Notes under the pieces: model-generated | Databases searched by the model: none | Told to the model about the DNA's origin: nothing | Seen by the model: the letters and a program-made list of their open reading frames with translations, nothing else | Assembly: GCA_041389025.1 (NCBI GenBank) | Contig: JAWKSP010000001.1 | Coordinates: 192,002 to 256,001 of the forward strand | DNA length: 64,000 nt | Source: Minisyncoccota bacterium | GTDB lineage: Bacteria > Patescibacteriota > Minisyncoccia > Phycocordibacterales > UBA918 | Direction: 5' to 3' | Made by a program: the position numbers and the translations under genes | Shown here: piece after piece, positions 19,589-28,726 of the stretch | Layout: each line of letters opens with the position of its first letter | How positions within the stretch are numbered: position 1 is the first letter of the stretch

Positions 19589-20068
19589 ATGAAAGTCTTA
19601 GCAGTAGACCCTGGGTATGACAGAATTGGAATAGCTATTTTAGAAAAGAAAGATAGTAAGGAAATTTTATTATTTTCAACCTGTATTGAAACAAATAAAA
19701 ATAAAAAAATAAATGAAAGGATTTTTGATTTAGGCAACGAAGTTGAAGGCCTATTAAAACAACACAAACCAAACTTTCTAGCCATTGAAACATTATTTTT
19801 TAATAAAAATATAAAAACTGCTATTAGTGTAGCTGAAGCCAGAGGAGTAATAATCTTTTTAGCCAAAAAAATTAACTGTGAAGTATTTGAGTTTGGTCCT
19901 CAAGAAATTAAAATTGCAATTACCGGTTACGGAAAGAGTGACAAAACAGCTGTTATCGACATGATAAAAAGATTGGTTGATAACGTACCCGAAAAAGCTC
20001 TAGATGATGAATATGATGCTATTGCTATTGGGGTAACCTGTCTTGCGCACAAAGGCAATGACAGGTAA
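19589..20068 (+). CDS. ruvC: crossover junction endodeoxyribonuclease RuvC
   Basis: 159 aa; MKVLAVDPGYDRIGIAIL...AIETLFF...AITGYGKSDKTAV...DAIAIGVTCLAH RNase-H-fold catalytic pattern. Confidence 0.8.
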   Translation: MKVLAVDPGYDRIGIAILEKKDSKEILLFSTCIETNKNKKINERIFDLGNEVEGLLKQHKPNFLAIETLFFNKNIKTAISVAEARGVIIFLAKKINCEVFEFGPQEIKIAITGYGKSDKTAVIDMIKRLVDNVPEKALDDEYDAIAIGVTCLAHKGNDR

Positions 20069-20110
20069 AATCCTCACTTAAGCACGGTGTGTTGAAAAAA
20101 GTGCCAAATT

Positions 20111-20431
20111 TTGTTACAAACAAAATCAATAAATTTAAATATAATAATAACTATGATATTTTTTCGTACCGAAGATGAAGAATTAAATGAAGATGAAGAA
20201 GCAGAATCTCCAGATGATGAAGACAGTGAGTTTGGTGAGGACCTCTTAGATGAAGTTGATGAAGACTCTTCTGATTCAGATGAAGATATAGAAGGTTTTG
20301 GCCTAGTCGACGACAACACAGAAGACGATGAGGAAGAGGAGGATGAAGAAGAGGAAGAAACAGATGAAGAACTAGAAGAAGATGCTGAGGATGTAGATTT
20401 TGACACCTTTGACGATATTGACGAAATGTAA
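20111..20431 (+). CDS. hyper-acidic low-complexity protein (about 75% D/E in C-terminal 85 aa); true start may be Met at 20150
   Basis: ...EDEELNEDEEAESPDDEDSEFGEDLLDEVDEDSSDSDEDIEGFGLVDDNTEDDEEEEDEEEEETDEELEEDAEDVDFDTFDDIDEM, followed by a strong terminator. Confidence 0.4.
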   Translation: MLQTKSINLNIIITMIFFRTEDEELNEDEEAESPDDEDSEFGEDLLDEVDEDSSDSDEDIEGFGLVDDNTEDDEEEEDEEEEETDEELEEDAEDVDFDTFDDIDEM

Positions 20432-20433
20432 AA

Positions 20434-20468
20434 TAAAAAAACGAGGGCTCGCCCTCGTTTTTTATTTT
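20434..20468. terminator. bidirectional terminator aaaaaaacgagggc-tc-gccctcgttttttatttt
   Basis: Perfect GC stem flanked by A-run and T-run between the acidic ORF (+) and tyrS (-). Confidence 0.7.
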
Positions 20469-21742
20469 ATCTCCACTAAAACCATGTGTTTTTTACCTCT
20501 CCTTAAATACAACAAATTGCCATTTTTTTCTTTATCAAACACATAGTCTACCCCAACCTTAGATCCACCTACTGACACTGATCCATTTTCTAAAAACTCT
20601 CTCGCCTCCCTTTTACTGGAAGCTAGCCCAGTCTCAAGCAGACCATCAACCACCAAGGTTCCGTCAACCAAAGCTGTCAAAGGAGCGTTTTGTTTTAAAA
20701 TATCTAACTCTTCATCTTTCAACTCACTCAAAGAGACCTGTCCAAATAAACACTCGGTTGCTTTTTTTACTTTTTCAAAAACCGTCTCACCATGAACCAA
20801 GACCGTTACCTCTTTAGCTAAAACCTTTTGTGCTTCTCTTGTTTCCGGATGTGTTTTTACCATTTCGTCCAACCGGTCTATTTCTTCCAAAGTTAGAAAT
20901 GTATATAATTTCAAATAATCAACCACTCCATCATCTGAAACATTAAGCCAAAATTGATAGAAGGCGTATGGAGTGGTTTTACCAGAATCAATCCAAATCG
21001 CATTCCCTTCACTTTTTCCAAACTTCTTACCGGTAGTTTTATCAACCACCAAAGGCATGGTAATAGCGTGGACAACTTTATTCTCAAGTCTTCTAACCAA
21101 ATCTACTCCGGCCACCAAATTTCCCCACTGATCAGAACCGCCAATTTGCAAGGTGCAATTTTTACTTCTAAACAATTGCAAATAATCATAGGCTTGTAAA
21201 AGTGGGTAGGCAAATTCTGTATAAGATAGACCAATCTCACTTTCCAAACGTTTGGCAATCGCTTCTTTTTTTATCAACTCATTGACAGTAAAGTATTTGC
21301 CAACATCACGCAAAAAATCAATTAACTTAAAATTACTAAGCCAATCATAATTGTCAACAAATTCAACTTTATTTTGACCAAAAAACTTTTCAGCTTGTGA
21401 TTTGATTTTTTCTACCCTTTCTGCAATAGTAGCGCGGTCGACTAAAACTCGCTCAGCGTCTGGTTTTGGATCACCAATCATTCCGGTTCCACCACCGACT
21501 AAAAAGACTATTTTATGACCTTGGTTTGATAGATGTTTTAAAAAAATCCAATTTACAAAATTACCGACATGAGCAGAGTCAGCGGTAGGATCAATACCAT
21601 AGTAGACATTTCTTTTTTCATCATCCAAAACACCACTCAAATCCTCTGCAGTAGATTGCTTTATAAAGCCTCTTAATTTTAATTCTTCAGATAATTTCAT
21701 GAAATAACTGTAGCACACTGTCACACTAAGATGTCTAGACAA
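20462..21742 (-). CDS. tyrS: tyrosine--tRNA ligase
   Basis: HIGH motif region GIDPTADSAHVGNF; KMSKS-equivalent KFGKS; C-terminal S4 domain. Confidence 0.9.
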   Translation of the reverse strand: MSRHLSVTVCYSYFMKLSEELKLRGFIKQSTAEDLSGVLDDEKRNVYYGIDPTADSAHVGNFVNWIFLKHLSNQGHKIVFLVGGGTGMIGDPKPDAERVLVDRATIAERVEKIKSQAEKFFGQNKVEFVDNYDWLSNFKLIDFLRDVGKYFTVNELIKKEAIAKRLESEIGLSYTEFAYPLLQAYDYLQLFRSKNCTLQIGGSDQWGNLVAGVDLVRRLENKVVHAITMPLVVDKTTGKKFGKSEGNAIWIDSGKTTPYAFYQFWLNVSDDGVVDYLKLYTFLTLEEIDRLDEMVKTHPETREAQKVLAKEVTVLVHGETVFEKVKKATECLFGQVSLSELKDEELDILKQNAPLTALVDGTLVVDGLLETGLASSKREAREFLENGSVSVGGSKVGVDYVFDKEKNGNLLYLRRGKKHMVLVEIK

Positions 21743-21796
21743 TTCGTGCTACTATTGGTCTTATATATAATATATAAATTATACATTATTTAGTTT

Positions 21797-24022
21797 ATGA
21801 GAAAATTTATCCGCACACCACTTAGTTTAAAGAATATTATTATTGATTTAATTATCATTATAATTGCCTTAGGAATTTTACTTTCGGCTGGTTTTTTGAT
21901 TTGGGTTTCAACTCTTAAAATACCGGATCTATCCTCTTTTGAAGAAAGAAGAATTTTACAGTCGACAAAAATTTATGACCGTACCGGAGAAATATTACTT
22001 TATGATTTACACCAAGACGTAAAAAGAACAGTGGTGCCGTTTGAAAATATCTCAAGACATATAAAAAACGCCACCATATCTATTGAAGATAATGAATTTT
22101 ATAATCATTTTGGTATAGAACCAACCTCAATCATAAGAGCAGTTTACACCAACCTAACCCAAGGCGACCTCTTAGGTGGACAAGGAGGCTCCACTATAAC
22201 CCAACAAGTTATCAAAAACTCTGTTCTACAAAACGAAAAAACTATCACTAGAAAGGTTAAAGAGTGGATATTAGCAATTAAATTAGAAAAAGTTTTATCT
22301 AAAGACGAAATTTTATCTATTTACCTAAACGAATCTCCTTATGGTGGAACCATTTATGGTGTCGAAGAAGCATCTCAAGCCTTTTTTGGTAAACCGGCCA
22401 GTGAAGTAACTTTAGCTGAAGCAGCTTATTTAGCCGCCCTACCACAGGCTCCCACCTATCTGTCACCTTACGGAAACAACAAAGAAGTTCTGGATAAAAG
22501 ACAGGCTTTAGTCTTAGAAAGAATGCTTTTTGATAACTTTATAAACGAAGAAGAATACAATCAAGCTAAAGAAGAGGAGGTGGAATTTCAACCACAAGCT
22601 ATTGGCAGTATTAGAGCTCCACATTTTGTGATGTATATTCGTGAACAATTAGTTCAAAAATACGGGGAAGAAGTTTTATCAGAAAGAGGTTATCGAGTGA
22701 TAACTACTTTAGACTGGGAACTACAAAAAGAAGCTGAGAGAATTCTTCGAGAAAGAGGTTTAACTAATGTAGAAAAATACAAAGCCACCAACGCTGGACT
22801 GGTAGCAGTTGACCCAAAAACCGGAGATTTATTAACCATGGTTGGTTCCAGAGATTATTTTAGTGAAGATATCGATGGTAACTACAACGTAGCCTTAGCT
22901 AATAGACAACCAGGATCATCTATCAAGCCTTTTATATACGCTACAGCCTTTAGTAAAGGTTATTTACCGGAAACAGTAGTCTTTGATGTAAAAACTCAAT
23001 TCTCACCTCTCTGTCCAGCTGATAGTCCTAGTTCACAATCCCCCTGCTACTCACCCAACAACTATAACCATAAGACAATTGGTCCAATCAATCTAAGAAA
23101 TGCCTTAGCTCAATCTCTAAATATTCCAGCTGTTAAAGTTTTATATTTAGCCGGACTTAAAGATTCTCTCAAAACCGCTTCCGATATGGGACTAACCACT
23201 TTAAACCCTGAAGACTCTGGTAAATACGGCTTAACTTTAGTACTAGGTGGTGGTGAAGTAAAACTATACGACATGACTTACGCTTATAGTGTTTTTGCTA
23301 ATGAAGGCATGAAAGCTGAACCTAGAAGTATTTTAAAAATTGAAGACAACCAAGGAAATATTATTGAAGAAAATGAAGTTTCCACTAAAAGAGTTTTAGA
23401 CAAAAACACCACTTTACTTATAAGCGATGTTCTATCAGACAACGTTGCCAGAACTCCACTCTGGGGAGCTAACTCGTTAGTAAACTTCCCTGGTCGCTCA
23501 GTTGCTTCTAAAACCGGTAGCACCAACGATCTAAGAGATGCTTGGCTTATGGGTTACGCTCCTAACCTAGCAGTTGGTACTTGGGTTGGTAATAATGACA
23601 ACAGCCCAATGGGAGGTGGTTTATCTGGGCTTATCGTAACTCCAATGTGGCGTGAATTTATGGATATAGCTCTTGAAAAAATACCAGAGGAAGACTTTTC
23701 TCAACCAGAAACCAATCTAGTTGGTGTAAAACCAATTCTTCGCGGCCAGTATATAGATACCAATAAACTACTTGAAATTCTCCAATCTGGAGAAGAATTA
23801 GACGCCAGAGCTGTCGCTGAAATCTACAACGATGTTCATTCTATTTTACACTTTGTAGACAGAAGTAACCCAACCGGACCCAGCCCCACAAACCCAAACC
23901 GAGATGATCAGTACACCAACTGGGAGTATGCTGTTCAATTATGGAAAAACCAAACCTATGGACTAAACCAAGAAAACAATGAAGATAGTACTGATTCAGA
24001 AACAGATTCAAACAACAACTAA
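21797..24022 (+). CDS. class A penicillin-binding protein (bifunctional glycosyltransferase/transpeptidase)
   Basis: 741 aa; N-terminal TM; GT51 motifs SIEDNEFYNHFGIEP and GGSTITQQ; transpeptidase SSIKPF, SLN, KTG(S)T. Confidence 0.9.
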   Translation: MRKFIRTPLSLKNIIIDLIIIIIALGILLSAGFLIWVSTLKIPDLSSFEERRILQSTKIYDRTGEILLYDLHQDVKRTVVPFENISRHIKNATISIEDNEFYNHFGIEPTSIIRAVYTNLTQGDLLGGQGGSTITQQVIKNSVLQNEKTITRKVKEWILAIKLEKVLSKDEILSIYLNESPYGGTIYGVEEASQAFFGKPASEVTLAEAAYLAALPQAPTYLSPYGNNKEVLDKRQALVLERMLFDNFINEEEYNQAKEEEVEFQPQAIGSIRAPHFVMYIREQLVQKYGEEVLSERGYRVITTLDWELQKEAERILRERGLTNVEKYKATNAGLVAVDPKTGDLLTMVGSRDYFSEDIDGNYNVALANRQPGSSIKPFIYATAFSKGYLPETVVFDVKTQFSPLCPADSPSSQSPCYSPNNYNHKTIGPINLRNALAQSLNIPAVKVLYLAGLKDSLKTASDMGLTTLNPEDSGKYGLTLVLGGGEVKLYDMTYAYSVFANEGMKAEPRSILKIEDNQGNIIEENEVSTKRVLDKNTTLLISDVLSDNVARTPLWGANSLVNFPGRSVASKTGSTNDLRDAWLMGYAPNLAVGTWVGNNDNSPMGGGLSGLIVTPMWREFMDIALEKIPEEDFSQPETNLVGVKPILRGQYIDTNKLLEILQSGEELDARAVAEIYNDVHSILHFVDRSNPTGPSPTNPNRDDQYTNWEYAVQLWKNQTYGLNQENNEDSTDSETDSNNN

Positions 24023-24057
24023 TCTTTTGTCAAAATATTAAAAACAAAAAAACTCGC

Positions 24058-24348
24058 CTATAAAATATTTTGCGGCGAGTTTTTTTGTCCCAAATTTTTC
24101 ACCAATTCGCTTAGGATTTTTTCTTTATGAAAAACAATTTCTTGCTTAACCAAACTAGATGAATTTATATATAAAATTTTAGCAGAAACAGTATAAGAGA
24201 CTTGATCTTCATTTAACTTTATACCAACCATCTCCCCGATTACCCTCAAAGCTTCTGTTTCAACCGTTTTTTGTGGAGCTATTAAAGTATTCTTATACTT
24301 TTCAAACAAAGTACCAACTTTCACAATCTCTCCGCGACGCTTAGCCAT
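24058..24348 (-). CDS. DUF721/DciA-like small protein downstream of dnaN
   Basis: 96 aa; position immediately after dnaN is the conserved location of DUF721 (DciA) genes; weak sequence support. Confidence 0.35.
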   Translation of the reverse strand: MAKRRGEIVKVGTLFEKYKNTLIAPQKTVETEALRVIGEMVGIKLNEDQVSYTVSAKILYINSSSLVKQEIVFHKEKILSELVKNLGQKNSPQNIL

Positions 24349-24352
24349 AAAA

Positions 24353-25453
24353 CTAGCGATTCATCGGCATAACCAAGTAACGAAGAGTATTATCAGATAC
24401 ACCTGTTATCACTAAAGGTCTACCAATACCAGCAAAATGTAAAATAACACTGTCATCAGAAATATGTGATAATGGTTCGATTAAATATTGTTGATTAAAA
24501 TTTAAAGACAACTCCTCTCCTTCTATTACCGCCTTTATTGTATCTGTAACATGACCTATTTCATTGTTTTGTGAAGAGATAATCAGTTCATTTTGAGACA
24601 AAGCCAGCGATACTTGGTTGAATTTATTTAAAAACACTGACGTCTTCTTAAATGCATTTAATAAGTCACTTTTTAATACGGTAGTATGTGTTACGTACTC
24701 TTTTGGAATAATTTGTTCGTAATCAGGAAAAGACCCGCTAACCAAACGTGAAGTAAGATAAACCCCTTCCTCAACAAAGTCTAATGAGCATTGATTTTCA
24801 GTTACTACTAAAGTAGGGTTAGAATCCAACAAATCACATACTCTCGCTAACTCAATCGCATTTTTTTGTGGTACTAAAAACGAATTATCTAATACAACTC
24901 CTTTTTGTGGCACTAACTTTTCCATCAAACGGAAAGAATCAGTTGAAGTAAAAGTTAAAGAATGTTCTTTTTTTTGTTGAATATAAACACTACCTAACTC
25001 CGGCTTAATAGATGATACTGAAGCCGCAAAAGCAGTCGTCTTTATACCTAAAGCAAATAAAGAACGAGTTATTTTTACTCCTTCACCTTGTAATCGGTAA
25101 ATATTAGGAAATTCTTCGTAAGGTATAGATTTAATTGAACTATTAGTTTGTTTAGATTCCACAACCAAAACCCCATCCTCATCTTTTAAAGTTATTTCTG
25201 ATTGATTATTTATATATTGAATACTCTGAAGTAAAGTAGCCATCGGTACTGCGATAGTTCCAGTTTCGTTGACCTTACCAGGAATAGTTACTTCAATACT
25301 TAACTCAAGGTTAGTGGCTTTAATAAGAATCTTATCTTCTTCTACGTTTAACAAAGCACATTGTAAAACCGGTAATGTCACATGCTTGGTACTGATACGA
25401 CTAATTAACTCTAAGGTTTTTATTAACTGTGGATGGGATATTATTATTTCCAT
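24353..25453 (-). CDS. dnaN: DNA polymerase III beta sliding clamp
   Basis: 366 aa, three-domain beta-clamp pattern; follows dnaA. Confidence 0.85.
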   Translation of the reverse strand: MEIIISHPQLIKTLELISRISTKHVTLPVLQCALLNVEEDKILIKATNLELSIEVTIPGKVNETGTIAVPMATLLQSIQYINNQSEITLKDEDGVLVVESKQTNSSIKSIPYEEFPNIYRLQGEGVKITRSLFALGIKTTAFAASVSSIKPELGSVYIQQKKEHSLTFTSTDSFRLMEKLVPQKGVVLDNSFLVPQKNAIELARVCDLLDSNPTLVVTENQCSLDFVEEGVYLTSRLVSGSFPDYEQIIPKEYVTHTTVLKSDLLNAFKKTSVFLNKFNQVSLALSQNELIISSQNNEIGHVTDTIKAVIEGEELSLNFNQQYLIEPLSHISDDSVILHFAGIGRPLVITGVSDNTLRYLVMPMNR

Positions 25454-25753
25454 ATTTTAATCACATTTTACTCTTTATTATTAGGGTTGTGGAAGTGTGC
25501 ATATCTTAAAAATATGTTGTATTTTAAACTATTTTTTAGAAAAAGTAATCAACACACCTCTTGGGAATAGGACTGAATTACTGTAGATAAGATGTTGATT
25601 ATTTGTAATCTGTATATTTTTATAAAAAACTTTAACAAAGCTGTGTATAAAAACATGTCTTACCAACAGTTATTTTTAAGTATTAACAGGTTCATTAAGA
25701 TACTTATCTGAAGTTTTTAACAGGGTTATTCTTAGTTATTCAGTGGTTGGTGT
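25454..25753. promoter_or_regulatory. candidate oriC (dnaA-dnaN intergenic, AT-rich, DnaA-box-like 8/9-mers)
   Basis: TGTAGATAA (25582), TGTGTATAA (25643), TGTGGAAGT (25487), TGTGGATGC (25751) versus consensus TGTGGATAA; AT-rich tracts. Confidence 0.4.
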
Positions 25754-25807
25754 GGATGCTTCTTAAATAAAATACCGCTTTTGCGGTATTTTATTTAAGA
25801 AGCATCC
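25754..25807. terminator. 54-bp perfect palindrome overlapping the dnaA stop codon
   Basis: ggatgcttcttaaataaaataccgc tttt gcggtattttatttaagaagcatcc (25-bp arms). Confidence 0.55.
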
Positions 25808-26969
25808 TGATTTGAGTTATTTCTTCTTCGAGTTCTGTATCTTCCTTTAATTCCAACTTAATTTTTTCACAAGAATGGATAACTGTAGTATGGTCTCTGC
25901 CACCTAGTTTCTTACCAATTGCAGGGTAAGAAACCTGGAAATCTTCACGTAATATATACATAATAATTTGCCTTGGTTTTACAATCTCTTTTCGTCTAGT
26001 TTTTTCATAAATACTAGATTGGTCTATGTCAAAATACCGAGCAACTTTTTCTACTACATCCGATACAGCTAAAGTTTTTCTTGGTTTTGAGCTGTTTTTA
26101 ATAATAGACTTAACTTCATCTAAAGATAGAGTTTTACCAAGTAGTTGTGACTGACACATGATGGTGTTTAAAGCTCCTTCAAGTTCACGAATATTTCCTT
26201 CAATCGATTGTGCTAAATGATCTACCACTTCATTTGATAGAGTTATACTGTTTTGAGCAGCTTTAGCTTTTAAGATAGCGGTTCTTGATTCTAAATCAGG
26301 AGCTGGGATGTCAACAATCATACCTTGAGCAAAACGAGACATCAGCCTTTCTTCTAGACCAGATAACAATCCAGGATGTACGTCACTAGAGAAAACTATT
26401 TGTTTATTGGTGTCATGAAGAGCGTTAAAAAGATGAAACAGCTCTTCCTGAGTTTTTTCTTTACTAGCTAAAAATTGAACATCGTCCATGATCAAAACAT
26501 CATATTGACGGTATTTGTCTTTAAAGCTGTTAGCTGTACCGTTTTGTAGAGAATTAAAGTAGTCTACCGCAAATCTTTCGCTAGTAACATAAAAAACTTT
26601 TTTACCGGTTTTTTTTACTTGGTTCCCCACTGCTTGAATAAGGTGGGTTTTTCCATGTCCGGTTTTTCCGTAAATAAACAAAGGATTGTAAGCGATTCCA
26701 GGTTTTTCACTAACGGTTTTAGCGGCTGTGTGGGCTAAAGCGTTGTAGTGTCCGATAACAAAAGTATCAAATGAATATTTTGGATTTAAGTTATCGCTTT
26801 TATTTATATAATATTCTTCTAAAGGTAGAGCAGCGTTTACGGTTTGAGTTTTGTTTCCGTTATCATTTCTTTTATCGCTTCTTTGCACTACTTCATATTC
26901 AATACTGCGAACATAAGGAGTTAGGTCTCTTAAAGTTTTCAAGATCATTGACTGAAATTTATCTTGCAA
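25791..26969 (-). CDS. dnaA: chromosomal replication initiator DnaA (minimal model from first canonical start TTG; domain I is encoded further upstream to at least 27125)
   Basis: AAA+ Walker A GKTGHGKTHL, DnaA box-binding C-domain; upstream in-frame codons encode LWDDALVKIELSITPANFKTWFRDTYILSLEDGTAVLAVPSVFVRDWL (DnaA domain I). Confidence 0.9.
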   Translation of the reverse strand: MQDKFQSMILKTLRDLTPYVRSIEYEVVQRSDKRNDNGNKTQTVNAALPLEEYYINKSDNLNPKYSFDTFVIGHYNALAHTAAKTVSEKPGIAYNPLFIYGKTGHGKTHLIQAVGNQVKKTGKKVFYVTSERFAVDYFNSLQNGTANSFKDKYRQYDVLIMDDVQFLASKEKTQEELFHLFNALHDTNKQIVFSSDVHPGLLSGLEERLMSRFAQGMIVDIPAPDLESRTAILKAKAAQNSITLSNEVVDHLAQSIEGNIRELEGALNTIMCQSQLLGKTLSLDEVKSIIKNSSKPRKTLAVSDVVEKVARYFDIDQSSIYEKTRRKEIVKPRQIIMYILREDFQVSYPAIGKKLGGRDHTTVIHSCEKIKLELKEDTELEEEITQIRMLLK

Positions 26970-27390
26970 CCAATCGCGAACAAATACACTTGGTACTGCT
27001 AAAACCGCTGTGCCGTCCTCTAAGGATAGTATGTAAGTGTCTCTAAACCAAGTTTTAAAGTTGGCAGGAGTAATGGAAAGTTCGATTTTAACCAGTGCGT
27101 CATCCCAAAGTTTTTTTATATCAATATGTTCAGTACGAACGATACTGTTGGAAAGTTTGGAAGTGTGAAACTGAATTTGTAGACATAGCTTTAGTAATAA
27201 AGCATTATACCTGTCTTCTGGTAACTGTAAAATACTTAGCTAAAAAATATTTTAAAAACTTATTAATTTTAAAAATAAAAAATGCAACTGTTAATAACCT
27301 GTGAATAAAGTGGTGAAAAAATATTCCCCTATTGAATTATTTATACATTCATGTATAGTGTGTCGGTAAATTCTAAATAGCTAGATAATT

Positions 27391-27540
27391 ATGAGTAAAA
27401 GAACATATCAACCAAGTAAAAGAAAACGAGCCACCACTCACGGCTTTTTGGTACGTAGTGCCACTCCAGCTGGGGCAAAAATTTTACAAGCGAGACGCCG
27501 TAAAGGGCGGGCACAATTAACGGTTAAAAAGGCTCAATAA
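27391..27540 (+). CDS. rpmH: 50S ribosomal protein L34
   Basis: Not in ORF track (<60 aa); manual translation [49 protein letters not shown]. Confidence 0.85.
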   Translation: MSKRTYQPSKRKRATTHGFLVRSATPAGAKILQARRRKGRAQLTVKKAQ

Positions 27541-27573
27541 GAGCTTTTTTTGTTACAATAAGCAATATAGATA

Positions 27574-27909
27574 TTGATTATGTTAAAAAAAGCCAATCGG
27601 CTAACCAGTGCTCTTTTTACTAAATATTTTAAGCAAGGAAAAAGAGTAAACGGAGAATATCTAACCGTTATAAAACATAACTATACAACTTTTTTGGCTG
27701 CGGTGGTGGTGGGCCGTAAGGTTTCTAAGTGGGCGGTAAAGAGAAATTTAATCCGTCGCCGAGTCTACTCTATTCTGGAAGAGGTAAAGATTAGTATGGA
27801 TATAAAAAACGGAGTTTTTATTGTGCTGGTAAAACCGTCTATAAATAACCTCACAAAAAAACAATTTCAAAAATTATTAAAAGAAGAATTTGGAAGGTTG
27901 TTAAAATAA
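27574..27909 (+). CDS. rnpA: ribonuclease P protein component
   Basis: 111 aa basic protein; conserved rpmH-rnpA-yidC order; KANRLTSALFTKYF...RRRVYSILEE. Confidence 0.85.
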   Translation: MIMLKKANRLTSALFTKYFKQGKRVNGEYLTVIKHNYTTFLAAVVVGRKVSKWAVKRNLIRRRVYSILEEVKISMDIKNGVFIVLVKPSINNLTKKQFQKLLKEEFGRLLK

Positions 27910-27927
27910 AGGTAGAATAGCACTATT

Positions 27928-28656
27928 ATGTTTAGTTATATATGGCACACATTTTTCTTCGATCCGGTTTACAACGGACTGGTTTTTTTTATAGATACTA
28001 TTCCTAGTGGTGATGTTGGGTTGGCGATAATTTTTACAGTAGTCTTTGTTAAGTTTATTTTATTACCTTTATCAATTAAGGCAGTAAAAACGCAAAAGAT
28101 AATGCGAGAAATCGAACCTAAACTTAAAGAAATAAAAGAGAAATACAAGGATAATCGTGAACAACAAGCGGTAGCGATGATGGAGATTTATCGTAATGCC
28201 GGCATGAACCCATTTGCAGCTATTTTTTTGATATTGTTACAAATTCCAATCATTATTGCTTTATACTTTTCGGTTTATAGTGGTGGTGGTGTAGCTTTGC
28301 CGGAAATTAACACAGCCCTTCTCTATTCTTGTGTTCAGGTGCCGGAGGTGGTAAATCTGTATTTTTTAGGGAGGATAGATATATCTGGAAAGAGTGTCTG
28401 GTTGGCTTTATTAGCAGGAGTGACTCAGTATTATCAGGTGAAGATTGCTATGCCGGAGTTGGCACCAAAAGATCCTAATAAAACACCTGATATGAAAGAA
28501 GAGCTGATGCGCAATATGCAATTACAAATGCGTTATGTGATGCCAGTTATTATTTTTGCAGTTTCTTATATAATTTCAGCGGCTATCGCCTTATATTTCT
28601 TTGTTAGTAACGTGGTGGCGATTTTACAGGAATTGTACGTAAAAAGACATCGGTAA
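27928..28656 (+). CDS. yidC: membrane protein insertase YidC (short Gram-positive/CPR type)
   Basis: 242 aa; 5 TM; conserved GLAIIFTVVFVKFILLPL...MMEIYRNAGMNPFA YidC/Oxa1 core. Confidence 0.85.
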   Translation: MFSYIWHTFFFDPVYNGLVFFIDTIPSGDVGLAIIFTVVFVKFILLPLSIKAVKTQKIMREIEPKLKEIKEKYKDNREQQAVAMMEIYRNAGMNPFAAIFLILLQIPIIIALYFSVYSGGGVALPEINTALLYSCVQVPEVVNLYFLGRIDISGKSVWLALLAGVTQYYQVKIAMPELAPKDPNKTPDMKEELMRNMQLQMRYVMPVIIFAVSYIISAAIALYFFVSNVVAILQELYVKRHR

Positions 28657-28726
28657 TAGGAAATAGGAAACTAAGAAAAATAAAAACCACCAAAATGGTG
28701 GTTTTTATTTTTCTTACTAAATTATC

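Noticed and set aside
20074-20406. 110-aa poly-serine ORF on the minus strand
   Set aside because: It is the exact complement of the GAA/GAT/GAG-rich acidic ORF on the plus strand, so it is a mirror artefact. The plus-strand frame is favoured because of its common codons, but which strand is real is not certain.
27095-27304. 69-aa plus-strand ORF upstream of dnaA
   Set aside because: It overlaps the minus-strand frame that encodes a clearly recognisable DnaA domain I, so it is a spurious antisense ORF.
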